Assembly (NCBI GenBank): GCA_037917675.1
Contig: JAVCBW010000051.1
Location: 1 to 64,000, forward strand
From: Thermoproteota archaeon
Lineage (GTDB): Archaea; Korarchaeota; Korarchaeia; B14-G2
DNA: 64,000 nt
Reading direction: 5' to 3'
Below, piece after piece: positions 39,006-49,280 of this stretch. Within the stretch, counting starts at the first letter, position 1. Every line of letters starts with the position of its first letter. The position numbers and the translations under genes are program-made. The notes beneath the pieces are model-generated. The model made no database searches and was not told the origin of the DNA. It was given only the letters and a program-made list of their open reading frames with translations.

Positions 39006-39440
39006 TCACTCTACCTCTATCCTATAGCCTTTAGCTTCCTCAACCTTAGGTAGCCTTACCTCAAGCACTCCGTTCCTGAACTTAGCCTTAGCTTTCTTAG
39101 GGTCTACCTTAGCTGGTAGAGGTATCCTCCTATAGAACCCAATGTACTTCCTCTCACGCCTATGCCATGTAGCTCCACTTTCCTCTCTCATCTCAGCTGC
39201 TTCAGCTCTCAACTCCATAGAGTCCTCTGTTGCATTTATCTTTACATCCTCCTTGCTTACGCCAGGCATTTCAGCGACCACCACTATCTCCCTATCTGTC
39301 TCATATACGTCGACTAGAGGCTGCCTATATCCTGCTTCGCCTCGAGCCTCTGGCTTTGATAGGAGCTCGCTGAACATTCTATCTACTTCCCTCCATATCC
39401 TCCTCACTTCCTCAAATGGGTCAAACCATCCTCTACTCAT
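39006..39440 (-). CDS. small heat shock protein Hsp20
   Basis: PLVDVYE, AEMPGV.KED, AKFRNGVLEV.LPK. Confidence 0.93.
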   Translation of the reverse strand: MSRGWFDPFEEVRRIWREVDRMFSELLSKPEARGEAGYRQPLVDVYETDREIVVVAEMPGVSKEDVKINATEDSMELRAEAAEMREESGATWHRRERKYIGFYRRIPLPAKVDPKKAKAKFRNGVLEVRLPKVEEAKGYRIEVE

Positions 39441-39534
39441 TGAGACACACCATAATACCAGCGTGCCCATCAGCTTAAAGCTTCCATATAACGCTAACCT
39501 TAAATCACGGCATGGCATCTAGCTTGGGGTCAGC

Positions 39535-41802
39535 TTGGAGGCATCTGGAGTACTATACCACTGTAGCTACTCTAAGGGCTTTATCAACCTCTATGTTAGA
39601 GGTGACCACCCATATACCATAGCTGTGAGGTATCTTCCATACTTCATACTCATCCCTAGCAGAGCTGAAGCTAGGAGCAAGCTATCTGAAAGAGCTGTAG
39701 TTGAGGAGGATGAGCTGTATGTAGACGGAGAACTCAAGCCAGTATTCAAGGTGAGATACTCGAGTCTAGATGAGAGGAAGCAGCTTGTGCAGCTAGCTCA
39801 GCAGCTTGGTGAGTGCAGAGGCACAGACATAGAGCCTTGGCACATCTACCTGCTTGAGTCCGATGTCTCGCCTCTAGCTGAGCTTTCCGCTAGAGGTGAG
39901 CTGAGAGGCAGCGTGATTCATGCAGAGAGCGTGGAGGTCAAGTCTAGAGAGCCCTCAGCCAGCTTAAAGACTGTTTACTTTACATGCTATGTGTACTCTG
40001 AGCACGGCTACCCGATGAAGGGTGAAGACCCTGTTCTCCTAGCTGGCTTCAAGAGCAGTAGTGGAGTAGAGATATATGAGGCTCGTGATGGAGACGACAG
40101 GGAGCTCTTAGCTAGCATAGTAGGCTACATTAGAGAGCAGGATCCAGATGTCATCGTGGGATATGAGCAGGACGCAGATGAGTGGCCTTATATAATGGCT
40201 AGAGCAAAGAGACATGGATTGAAGCTGAGAGTTGGCAGAGACCTATCTGAGCCAGTTGAGACAGGGAAGTACTTTAGAGGCATGATACTCAAGGAGACTG
40301 CAATAGAGGGGAGAGCTAACATAGACCTCTTCTCAGTAGCATGGAGAGACTTCCCTGAGCTCCCAACGAAATCCATTGAGGAGGTCGCTGAGGCACTAGG
40401 CATAGAGCCACCTAAGCTTCCTCCAAGCTACATGGTTAAGAAGCTCTGGAGAGAGCGTAGAGAGGAGCTCAAGGCAGCTCTAGAGGAGAGGCTCTCGCTC
40501 ATAGAGGAAGTAGCTAGAGAGCTTCTGCCACTTCAACTCGAGTTCTCGAGGCTAACTGGAGTACCACCACACTATGCTACGAGGATGACTGTAGGAGAGC
40601 TAGTAGACTCATTGGTGCTAAGAGAAGCCTACAGGCGGAGGGTTGCTCTGCCAGATAGAGGAGCTAAGAAAGCCTGGTTCCCAGGAGGGTTCGTCTGGCT
40701 CAAGAAGCCCGGTGTACATGAGAGCGTCGGGTCACTGGACTTCAAGAGCATGTATCCTACTCTCATAAAGAACTTCAACATCTCACCTGAGACAGTAAGC
40801 TGCAGGTGCTGTAGGGAGGAAGCTAGGGAGATAGAGGTAGGAGAGGAGCGGTTTAGGATATGCTCGAAGAGAAAGGGGCTGCTACCTGACATAATTGAGG
40901 AGCTGCTGGAGCTCAGAGCCCGGCTCAAGATGGAGATGGCTAAGTACCCCCATAGCTCCCCTGAGTATAAGAGGCTCTATGCAAAGCAGCATGCTGTAAA
41001 GGTTGTGACCAATGCTATATACGGGTATATGGGCTGGGCTAACTCAAGGCTCTATACAGCTAGTGGAGCTAAGCTCACCACAGCACTTGGCAGAAGATAC
41101 ATCCAGGAGGTGAGGAGGCTAGCTGAGAGCAGAGGGCTAACCCCGGTTTACATAGACACAGATGGCATACACATAGCTGGAGTAACAGAGGAGCAGGCTC
41201 TCAAGCTTGTAGAGGAAGTGAATAGCAAGATGCCTATAACCATAGAGTTTGAGCATATAGCTCAGAGAGCTCTGTACCTCACTAAGAAGAAGTATGTCCA
41301 CCTAGTTGATGGCAGGCTTATAGCAAAGGGGTTCGAGTTCATAAGGAAAGACTACCCTCCCATAGTTAAAGAAGCTCAGAAGGCTGTTGTAGAAGCCATA
41401 CTAAAGGAGGGGGATCTAGAGAAAGCTAGGAGGATAGCTGAGGAGTACAGAGATAAGCTTGAGAGAATGGAGGTTTCTAAAGAAGATCTGGTGATGGTAG
41501 AGCAGCTAGCCAAGAAGCTAGAGGAGTATGAGAGGACAACTAAAGCCAGCGCTGCAGCAAGATGGCTCCAAGAGAACGCTGGCGTAGAGGTCCACAGAGG
41601 AATGAACCTCTACATTCTCGTAGTTAAGGGAAGTGAGCCGGTAAACTACAGGGCTAGGCCAGCTGAGTTCTTTGAGCTAGAAGACTGCGACATAAGCTAC
41701 TACCTAGAGCTATTCGACAAGGTAGTGGAGAGGACTCTGGCTGCAGCTACAGAGGCCAAAGTTAAGCCTAAGGTAGCTGATCTCACCACCTTCCTCTCGT
41801 AG
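39535..41802 (+). CDS. polB: family B DNA polymerase (PolB3-like; exonuclease motifs degenerate)
   Basis: DFKSMYP, KVVTNAIYGY, YIDTDG, TKKKY, KGFE polymerase motifs. Confidence 0.92.
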   Translation: MEASGVLYHCSYSKGFINLYVRGDHPYTIAVRYLPYFILIPSRAEARSKLSERAVVEEDELYVDGELKPVFKVRYSSLDERKQLVQLAQQLGECRGTDIEPWHIYLLESDVSPLAELSARGELRGSVIHAESVEVKSREPSASLKTVYFTCYVYSEHGYPMKGEDPVLLAGFKSSSGVEIYEARDGDDRELLASIVGYIREQDPDVIVGYEQDADEWPYIMARAKRHGLKLRVGRDLSEPVETGKYFRGMILKETAIEGRANIDLFSVAWRDFPELPTKSIEEVAEALGIEPPKLPPSYMVKKLWRERREELKAALEERLSLIEEVARELLPLQLEFSRLTGVPPHYATRMTVGELVDSLVLREAYRRRVALPDRGAKKAWFPGGFVWLKKPGVHESVGSLDFKSMYPTLIKNFNISPETVSCRCCREEAREIEVGEERFRICSKRKGLLPDIIEELLELRARLKMEMAKYPHSSPEYKRLYAKQHAVKVVTNAIYGYMGWANSRLYTASGAKLTTALGRRYIQEVRRLAESRGLTPVYIDTDGIHIAGVTEEQALKLVEEVNSKMPITIEFEHIAQRALYLTKKKYVHLVDGRLIAKGFEFIRKDYPPIVKEAQKAVVEAILKEGDLEKARRIAEEYRDKLERMEVSKEDLVMVEQLAKKLEEYERTTKASAAARWLQENAGVEVHRGMNLYILVVKGSEPVNYRARPAEFFELEDCDISYYLELFDKVVERTLAAATEAKVKPKVADLTTFLS

Positions 41803-42238
41803 CTGCCAACTAAAGGACGACGAAGCCCTATTCCTTAATCAACCTTACACTCACTGCAACTATCACGGTGCTGAGGGGGCATAAGGATACGCCAGCAGCC
41901 GAGCTCAAGACCATACTCCCCTGTTACCATAGGAAGTAGGTGTCTTCTAATGCCTGAAAGCAGTGGGCAAATCCAGGTGGTATCCAAAGTGCTCTACCAG
42001 CCTCTAGAAGCCGTCTGTAGGAGGCTGGTGAGGAGACGAAGATAGACTTCCACAGCTACACCGAGAAGATTGTCGGCTGTGAGGGAGATGATAGTGTTCC
42101 ACCTGGAGTACGAGGCAGGATAACCTGTATGTTGCTAGGCGTTCTTATGCCCATAACCCAATTCATAATATTGTCTTTCCAACCTCTCCTTCTTCCCTCC
42201 ATGGAAGTACCTATACTCTAAATGCATTCCTAACCCTC

Positions 42239-42540
42239 TCAATCCTGTTTTGGAACCTCATCAAGTGCTATCAGTACATCAACATCGCTATCACTGGCCT
42301 CTTCCATATCAATGAAGTAACCATGCCATGTGTGATACCACGCTTCACCTGTGAACGCATTAACGCTCAGCATCCTAGTCATTTACCATCTACGCTGTAA
42401 TCGAGAGTATAGCACCCATAGAATCGAATGGCTTCCTCAACATAGGCTCCGCGACCAGGGAAATAAGCTCTCCAGTGATTCAAGAGCTATTTCCCTCGCC
42501 TTCCTCTCGTCTATCGATGGCTCGTAGCCACCATATGCCT
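42239..42540 (-). pseudogene. frameshifted remnant of a PepSY-like exported protein running into an SDVDVL (MNT-like) fragment
   Basis: Translated fragments SIDERKAREIALE..FP / FYGCYTLDYSVDGK / MLSVNAFTGEAWYHTWHGYFI / SDVDVLIALDE lie in different frames. Confidence 0.55.
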
Positions 42541-42630
42541 GAATCACCCTTAAGTAACAAGATCTCTCGCTTGCTACCTCAGTGACTGAGACGCTTCATT
42601 AGCTCGAAGGAGCTGCTTAGGTACTTGCTT

Positions 42631-43494
42631 CTAGCCTAGCGGCCTCGCTTGCTTTTTCGTAACTAAAGCAACCCAGCTCGGAGAGAATGGGGTGAGTCCT
42701 CTGATAGCCTTCAGGAAGCTAACTTGAAGCCCTCTGGTTGCATCGCCTATACCAAGCTCAACTTCATCAACTGACCTTACAGGGACTACACCGAGTAGAG
42801 GAGATGCTAGGAGCAGCTCATCTGCGGAGTATAGCTCTCCATGTGTAATGCTTCTCTCAGCTAACTTAAGGCCTTCATGCTCAGCTAGCACAGCTACAGT
42901 AGACCTGACTGGATCATGTGCCATCAGGGAGGGTGGGGAGATTAGCCTGCTCCCCTTGACCACGAGGATAGCCCCCATGCTCGAGTATACTGCTCCATCT
43001 GAGCATATGAGCTTACACACCCTGCTGTAAGATGGAGTAAGCAAGCCAGCTATAGAGGGCTCGCTTACCCCCATGGTATATGCCTCTACTCCTGTATCTA
43101 GCAGCTGTGAGACATTGGGCTCTAGAGCCTTGAGTAGGTAGACTGCTAGAGTAGCTTCGCCTCTAGGTGACCCAGCAGCCCACAGCCTAACCCCACCATT
43201 CCCCTCTGCTCTTGAGGCAGAGTCGAAGACAGCCTCTTTAAGCTCCTCTAGCGTAGCCTCATAAACTAGACCTAGCCTCCTAGATAGCAGCATGAATGTA
43301 GTGATGTGCTCTAGCGGCTTAAGGAGCCGCGCTCCTCTGTCGGAAATCCATAGCCCTATGTCTACTGCTAGCAAAGCTGCGGCTCCAACTAGCCCTCTAG
43401 CCTTAAGCTCACTTCTCCTAGCTAGCCTCCTTTCTGAGCCAGGTTCCCAAAGATATACCTCCTCAGCCTCCTCTACAAGCTTCAGCCCCTTCAC
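42631..43494 (-). CDS. class IV (branched-chain type) aminotransferase-like protein, highly diverged
   Basis: YLW, LEH...L..S...L, ERSIT..ELYSADE.....GVVPV.SVD C-terminal signature. Confidence 0.65.
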   Translation of the reverse strand: MKGLKLVEEAEEVYLWEPGSERRLARRSELKARGLVGAAALLAVDIGLWISDRGARLLKPLEHITTFMLLSRRLGLVYEATLEELKEAVFDSASRAEGNGGVRLWAAGSPRGEATLAVYLLKALEPNVSQLLDTGVEAYTMGVSEPSIAGLLTPSYSRVCKLICSDGAVYSSMGAILVVKGSRLISPPSLMAHDPVRSTVAVLAEHEGLKLAERSITHGELYSADELLLASPLLGVVPVRSVDEVELGIGDATRGLQVSFLKAIRGLTPFSPSWVALVTKKQARPLG

Positions 43495-46400
43495 CTCTGA
43501 TTTTCAAGATCTCCCTATATAGCCTGCTTAGAGGCTCCAGGTAGCTCACCTCCCCTCTCTCTACCCTGTCCATCTCCTCCTCAAGCTTAGCTGTAGTTTC
43601 CTCTGATACATATTCCCCATACTTTTCCTTAAGATAGCTCCAGACCTTGTAGCCTAGCGGGGTATAGAGGAGGTAGCCATTCTTCTCGACCACGTACCTC
43701 CTCTTCAAGAGGGTTTCAACTATCTTGGCATAGGTGCTAGGCCTACCTATCCCCCTCCTTTTCATCTCAGCTACAAGCTCACCCTGCGTGTAAGGTCTCG
43801 CCTTAGACACCCTCACTACCTTATAGCTCTCTAGCTTAAACCTGCCAGGCTGCCAGGGTCTGCTCACTCTTATCCTCCAGACTTTGCTGTAGCCTTCTTC
43901 AACAACCTCAACTGGCTCAGTAGCCTCATACACGTAGTCCAGTAGCCTAACTCTAACATGCTGCACCCTAATCTTGGCAGGCTTCATCTGGCTTGCAATG
44001 AACCTGTTGAATATCAGCTGGTAAAGCATGTAGTGTTCTCTAGTGAGTGGTGAGGGAAGCTTAAGCACTCCTATTGATATGAGGCTCCTGATCTTCTCTG
44101 AGTCAGCCGGCCTAGTCGGCCTGATGCACTCATGTGCTCCCTCCATGGCATATGACCTAGGCTGGAAGAGTCCAGGATATTTCTCCTCAATATACTCTCT
44201 AGCTATGCTGATACCATGCTGTGACACAGTAGTTGCGTCTGTTCTATGGTATGTTATGAGCCCCATTTCAAAAAGGTCTTGTGCTATCTGCATCGTCTTC
44301 TGGGCGCTGAACTTGAGGAATGTTGATGCCTCTCTCAGTAAGGTGTCTGTAGTATATGGTGGTGGAGGAGTCTGCTCGATGACCTCATCTTTCACCACCT
44401 CTACTTCAGCCTCAGCTTCCTTAAGCTCTCCCACCCTGCCTCTGTCAAAGCCTGTGAGCCTGATCTCCATTCCTCCCAGAAGCCTAGCATAGAGCACGTT
44501 AACTTTCTCCCTAGCCTCCTTAGCTCTCTGGATGACCCACCCCAGCACAGGCGTCTGAACTCTACCTGCACTAAGGGTCTTGTAGCCGAGCTTCTCCCAG
44601 AGCTTTCTACTGAGCTCGAAGCCGATCCATCTGTCCTCTATCCTCCTGACTATCTGGGCTTCAACAAGCCTCTCATTTATCTCCCTGAGCTCTCTAAGGC
44701 CCTTCCCCACGCCCTTCCTCGTGACTTCATGGAACTCCACTCTAGCTATGCTACCATTGTATGGTGCTATCACGTTAGCTATATCCCAGGCTATCTTCTC
44801 TCCCTCTGTGTCAGGGTCTGTCGCTATGAGCACGCCATTAGCCTCTATTGCAAGCTCCCTAATAGCCTCAAGCACTTTCATCTTGCTGAAGATGTTCCTG
44901 CTCCCACATCTCGGGCAGGTGTCTAGCTTAACGAATTGCTCTCCACAATCTGAGCACTTGGCTATCGGAGCGTAGACAGGCTTAAACCCATCACTGTCCA
45001 CCACTACTCCATGAAGCCCTATGTCAGTAGCTAAGTCCAATACATGTCCTCCACTCGCTACTATGCTCAGCACATAGTCTCCACTTGCTACCTCATATAC
45101 CCTTATTCCACTCACATCCCTCCTCATAGGCTCACCAAACAGCCTGGAGATGACCCTAGCCTTCGTGGGAGACTCTACTATGAAGAGCATGCTCCTCACA
45201 AAGTCGAGGACCTCAGAGGAAGCCCTCCCCTCTTTGAGCTCTTTCACGAGCCTCCTGTCCTCGTCTATTTCAGGGAACACCTTGCTGGCCTCCTCTAAAC
45301 TCTTGAACTCTAAGTCGTCTATGTACCATCTCAGCCTTCTCAGTAGGCTCATGTAGCTCTTCTCATCGTCAACTATGAGTATGCTTGCTCCTCTACTGAG
45401 CCCTTTTGGGAATAGTCTCGACGCTCTGCCTGAGGCCTGCAGGTAAGCTGCCGCATCAGCTACAACTAAGATTACCTCGCTTCCCTCAGCCCGCATAGCT
45501 AAGTCCTTGCTTTTCCTCACCTGCTCAAGAAGCTCTGGCGTTATCAGCTCCTTAAGCAGGCTCCTGCTCCTGTCTATGGCTTTCCTCAGAGCTGCCAGGT
45601 ACCCTGTCAGCTCTCCTCCAGCTTTAGCTGCTTCAACGGCTTCAGGGGAGGCTGTCAGGAAGCTCCCAAGCCTCTCGAGCTCCCTCTCCACTCTAGCTCT
45701 TTGCTTCTCCTCTACTACAAGCCTCAGATTACTGAGTAAGGAGTAGAGTCTAGCTGGGTGGTATTCCTCTGCAGTCAGCTTCAGCTCGTATCTTGGTACT
45801 CCAGCAAACACCACATACCTTATCCTCTCTGGGATATCTACTCCCCTAGCTAGAGGAGACCTGTGGCTTGCGATCCCAACTAGCGCGTCAAGCTCACCTC
45901 TGCTGAACTTCTCGACAGCACCTCCATCAGCTAGCTCAGCTTTGACTCCTCTAACCTTTAGGTGCTCAGCTAGCTTCTCAGCATACTCTCTACCATATGG
46001 CATTGGAGTGAACACGAGCACTCCGCCACCAAACCTCCTAATAACCTTGACAACCTCATCCTCTATGCTTCCACTAGGCTTCACAGCTACATCAACTATG
46101 TTTCTGAGATATCCCTGCCTGTAGCCTAGCTCAAAGCCCAGCAGCTCCTTAAGCAGCATCAGCCTTCTCCTGCTGACCTTCCTAGCGCTAGCACTCGAGA
46201 AGACAAGCACCCCTCTGCCATCTAGCTCACTCGAGCGCTCCTCAACAAGCCTCCTAAGATCACCTCCCTCCAGCCTTGCTTCAAGAGCCTTCTGAACGAG
46301 CTCCTCACTGAGCCCAAGCAGCACAAGCACTCTATCGAGGTTCTTAGATTTCTTAAGCAGAGAGTCGACATCGTCAACGAATATGAAGTCGAACTTATAC

Positions 46401-46993
46401 CTTTTGAGGTCATCATACCTTGATGCTAGAAGCCTATCTGTCGTCACTAGGATGTCGAAGTCACCGCTAGCAAGCTTCTCCTGGAACTCCCTCTTTTCAC
46501 TGGCTTTCATATCACTATAGTATGCTAGAAGCCTTACTTGAAACCCATACTTCTCAGCATACTCCCTTATCCTCTCTGAGACCTGCCTGACTAGTATCGA
46601 AGATGGTAGCAGAATATAGCTTTTCCCCCCCTTAGAGGCTAAGTAGACTGCTATCAGGGAGCCAAATGTCGTCTTTCCAACACCAGTTGGAGCAACTATA
46701 GCGAAGCTCTTTCCCAAGAGTACCCTCTTAGCCCACACCCTCTGAAGAGCCCACATAGGATGTCCTAAGCTGCTCTTAAACACCTTATCTACAGCTAGGA
46801 GCTCTCTCCACACCTGAGCTATTCTGCCATACCCCCACAACCTACCTCGTGCTGCAAGTGCCTCAGCTACCTCACCTGGGCTTCCAGCTGTAGCCTGAGG
46901 AAGACACTCCTCACATGGGAGCCCCTTCATCAGCCTGTCATCAGATATAGCCCCCCCACAGTTTGGGCAGAGCCCATGAAATACAGCCTTCAT
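43463..46993 (-). CDS. rgy: reverse gyrase
   Basis: N-terminal CPNC..C..C, APTGVGKT, DDVD helicase-like domain, ESPTKA, DPDTEGE, SAGRVQTP, ITYHRTD. Confidence 0.97.
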   Translation of the reverse strand: MKAVFHGLCPNCGGAISDDRLMKGLPCEECLPQATAGSPGEVAEALAARGRLWGYGRIAQVWRELLAVDKVFKSSLGHPMWALQRVWAKRVLLGKSFAIVAPTGVGKTTFGSLIAVYLASKGGKSYILLPSSILVRQVSERIREYAEKYGFQVRLLAYYSDMKASEKREFQEKLASGDFDILVTTDRLLASRYDDLKRYKFDFIFVDDVDSLLKKSKNLDRVLVLLGLSEELVQKALEARLEGGDLRRLVEERSSELDGRGVLVFSSASARKVSRRRLMLLKELLGFELGYRQGYLRNIVDVAVKPSGSIEDEVVKVIRRFGGGVLVFTPMPYGREYAEKLAEHLKVRGVKAELADGGAVEKFSRGELDALVGIASHRSPLARGVDIPERIRYVVFAGVPRYELKLTAEEYHPARLYSLLSNLRLVVEEKQRARVERELERLGSFLTASPEAVEAAKAGGELTGYLAALRKAIDRSRSLLKELITPELLEQVRKSKDLAMRAEGSEVILVVADAAAYLQASGRASRLFPKGLSRGASILIVDDEKSYMSLLRRLRWYIDDLEFKSLEEASKVFPEIDEDRRLVKELKEGRASSEVLDFVRSMLFIVESPTKARVISRLFGEPMRRDVSGIRVYEVASGDYVLSIVASGGHVLDLATDIGLHGVVVDSDGFKPVYAPIAKCSDCGEQFVKLDTCPRCGSRNIFSKMKVLEAIRELAIEANGVLIATDPDTEGEKIAWDIANVIAPYNGSIARVEFHEVTRKGVGKGLRELREINERLVEAQIVRRIEDRWIGFELSRKLWEKLGYKTLSAGRVQTPVLGWVIQRAKEAREKVNVLYARLLGGMEIRLTGFDRGRVGELKEAEAEVEVVKDEVIEQTPPPPYTTDTLLREASTFLKFSAQKTMQIAQDLFEMGLITYHRTDATTVSQHGISIAREYIEEKYPGLFQPRSYAMEGAHECIRPTRPADSEKIRSLISIGVLKLPSPLTREHYMLYQLIFNRFIASQMKPAKIRVQHVRVRLLDYVYEATEPVEVVEEGYSKVWRIRVSRPWQPGRFKLESYKVVRVSKARPYTQGELVAEMKRRGIGRPSTYAKIVETLLKRRYVVEKNGYLLYTPLGYKVWSYLKEKYGEYVSEETTAKLEEEMDRVERGEVSYLEPLSRLYREILKIRGEGAEACRGG

Positions 46994-47100
46994 CAGCCCA
47001 CCTAAGCCTCAAGCTCACTGGCAGAATATAAACTTACGTGTAACAGCTGTGCACGCCTACAGCTGAGCTTGCTGATAGGCTTCAGCAGCTACCGCATACA

Positions 47101-48288
47101 TCAGGGGCCTATGTGCCCAGCTGGCGTCTGAGCGAGCACAGTCTTAAGCCCCCTACTTCTCAGCAGCTCCCTAGCTTCACGCATCTCTCTGACAGAAGGC
47201 CTCTTTAGGTCTCTCCTCCTGAAGGTAGGGAAGTAGTCTAGGACACAGACTTGTATCCCTGGGTCTATTGAGGCTAGTCTATCACCTATCTCAGCTAGCT
47301 CGTCTAAGCTCATGAAAACCGGGTTATATGGGACTCCGACGCCTATGAACACTTTCTCCTGGTACTCATCTACAACGTACTTGACTGTGCTCCAAGAGTT
47401 CTCAAGATACCTCCTAGCTAGCTCGACATCTCTTATGCCAGTTATCTCCATGAAGGTCTCAACTCTAGCTCCCTTCAAGTCTGGGCCTATATCAGTCATG
47501 CCAGCCTCAACAAGTAGGTCAATGTGTCTTCTAGTGAGGATCGTGGCATTCGTGTCAAGGTGTATTCTAGCATCTGAGCTGGGGTTCATCTCCCTGAGCT
47601 CCCTAAAGTATCTCAGGAGCCACCTGAAGTTTAAGGTAGGCTCTCCTCCAGAGATGGCCATTCTGTCAACACCATAGTACCTTCTAGCCTCACTCACAGC
47701 TCTAGCAGCCTCTCTTGGTGTAGAGGGCTTACTTATGCTATCATATGTGATATGATAGTTCTGGCACTGAGGACACCTCAGGTTGCATCCAGCAGCCCAT
47801 ATAGCGACCTCAACAGCCCACCCTCTCCCCTTAACCCAGTATGGGGTCCCTACTCCACCGACACTATGCCCCTGAGGCCCGCTCACAATCCTGAGCAGCG
47901 GTATACTACCTAACTCAACATCCATGCCCCCTCTGACTGGTGTCATGCATGACCTGACATACCTACCATCAGCTTTAACCAGGCAGCTATAGCAGCCTCC
48001 AGTTTCACAGAACCCATCTAGGCCAGAGCCTAGGGTGTAGCCTAGAAGCTCAAGAGCTCTCTTAAGAGGTACTCCAGCAGGAACCTCAACCTCAGCTCCA
48101 TCGACTCTTATCCTACAGGGTTCAGCCTCAGCTATCCTATATGAGATTGCTGAGTTCGGGCATGCATAGTAGCATGCCATGCAGCCAAAGCAGCTGTCTT
48201 CACTAAAGCCTACAGGGCAGGCTACTGTCCTCTCACAGAACCCACATTCCATACAGCTGCTGGTCCTATAGCACCTGTAGCCTATCAC
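47101..48288 (-). CDS. radical SAM protein (PFL-activase-like) with N-terminal 4Fe-4S dicluster and 2Fe-2S domains
   Basis: CMECGFC, CFGCMAC...CP, CETGGCYSC, CNLRCPQC, SGGEPT. Confidence 0.88.
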   Translation of the reverse strand: MIGYRCYRTSSCMECGFCERTVACPVGFSEDSCFGCMACYYACPNSAISYRIAEAEPCRIRVDGAEVEVPAGVPLKRALELLGYTLGSGLDGFCETGGCYSCLVKADGRYVRSCMTPVRGGMDVELGSIPLLRIVSGPQGHSVGGVGTPYWVKGRGWAVEVAIWAAGCNLRCPQCQNYHITYDSISKPSTPREAARAVSEARRYYGVDRMAISGGEPTLNFRWLLRYFRELREMNPSSDARIHLDTNATILTRRHIDLLVEAGMTDIGPDLKGARVETFMEITGIRDVELARRYLENSWSTVKYVVDEYQEKVFIGVGVPYNPVFMSLDELAEIGDRLASIDPGIQVCVLDYFPTFRRRDLKRPSVREMREARELLRSRGLKTVLAQTPAGHIGP

Positions 48289-48551
48289 TCCTCTTCCTCC
48301 AGCCTCTTAGCCATCTCGATTGTGTAGTCACCTGGTTCTGGAGGCCTCCTCTTCCTCAAGGCTAGCACTGGCACTGCTAGCAGGTGTAGTACTCCAAGTA
48401 TTACGGCTGCTGTCATGAGCACTCCTATCAGGAAGACTCCTAGGAGCCCTAGGGCTAAAGCTACTTTGACGAGTATTGGAGCAACCGCTAGCAGCGCTAC
48501 TAGAAGCAGGAACGATGCCAAAACAAGTGCTGCCAGTGTAATCAGCCTCAT
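48285..48551 (-). CDS. small hydrophobic membrane protein
   Basis: 88 aa, 4-nt overlaps with both neighbours. Confidence 0.65.
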   Translation of the reverse strand: MRLITLAALVLASFLLLVALLAVAPILVKVALALGLLGVFLIGVLMTAAVILGVLHLLAVPVLALRKRRPPEPGDYTIEMAKRLEEEE

Positions 48552-49270
48552 GGCTCAAGCCCAAATGGCCCTATCTTCACTCCTCCTCCACCTGACGTCT
48601 TTGGGAAATATGGCCTCAGAGCTGAAGCAAGCAGAGCTACATTCATTGACTGCAGTATAACCCTACCAGGTCCTCTAAGTGTCGCAAGGAATATGCCCTC
48701 CCCACCGAAGAGAGCTGTCTTTATGCTGCCAGCATACGCTATGTCATAGTCTACTGTACTGTCGAATCCCACTATGTGTCCTGTATCCACTTTGATTAGC
48801 TGCCCTGGAGCCAGGTTATACTCTATGAAATCCCCACATGCATGTATGAAGACTGTACCGCTGCCAGAGAGCTTCTCAAGTATGAAGCCCTCTCCACCAA
48901 ACAGCCCTGCTCCAAGCTTCTTCACGAAGGCTATGTCCAAGTCTACAGTTGACTCTGCAGCCAGGAAGGCGTCCTTCTGGACAATAAAGTCTCTTCCCGG
49001 CTCGATCCTGAGAGCCCTTATCTTACCAGGCACCCTTCCGTTGAAAGCTACGAAGCCTCGGCCTCCAACTGGCGTGAACTCCGTCATGAAGAAGCTCTCT
49101 CTCATCAGCATCCTCTTAAGCCCCCTCCAGACTCCTCCTATCACTCTAGTGTTCATCTGGATGTTCCCTGACATGTGGTTCATCGTCCCTGCTTCACCAT
49201 AGACCACCTCTCCTGGCTCAAGCTCTACTATCACAACCTGTAGGTTGTCTCCAAGGATCCTATACTTCAA
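48548..49270 (-). CDS. TIGR00266 / AIM24 family protein
   Basis: EAGTM, ESFF, QKDAFLA, FGGEGF, VDTGH.V. Confidence 0.9.
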   Translation of the reverse strand: MKYRILGDNLQVVIVELEPGEVVYGEAGTMNHMSGNIQMNTRVIGGVWRGLKRMLMRESFFMTEFTPVGGRGFVAFNGRVPGKIRALRIEPGRDFIVQKDAFLAAESTVDLDIAFVKKLGAGLFGGEGFILEKLSGSGTVFIHACGDFIEYNLAPGQLIKVDTGHIVGFDSTVDYDIAYAGSIKTALFGGEGIFLATLRGPGRVILQSMNVALLASALRPYFPKTSGGGGVKIGPFGLEP

Positions 49271-49280
49271 ACTCCAGCCC

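Noticed and set aside
42575-42630. AATGAAG...CTGA on the minus strand resembling a C'/D half of an sRNA
   Set aside because: No convincing box C/D' pair, and only an 8-nt possible rRNA match
46994-47100. Two short hairpins and an ACA, suggestive of an H/ACA RNA
   Set aside because: The stems are built from the ubiquitous CAGCTG words; no K-turn or pseudouridylation pocket is evident
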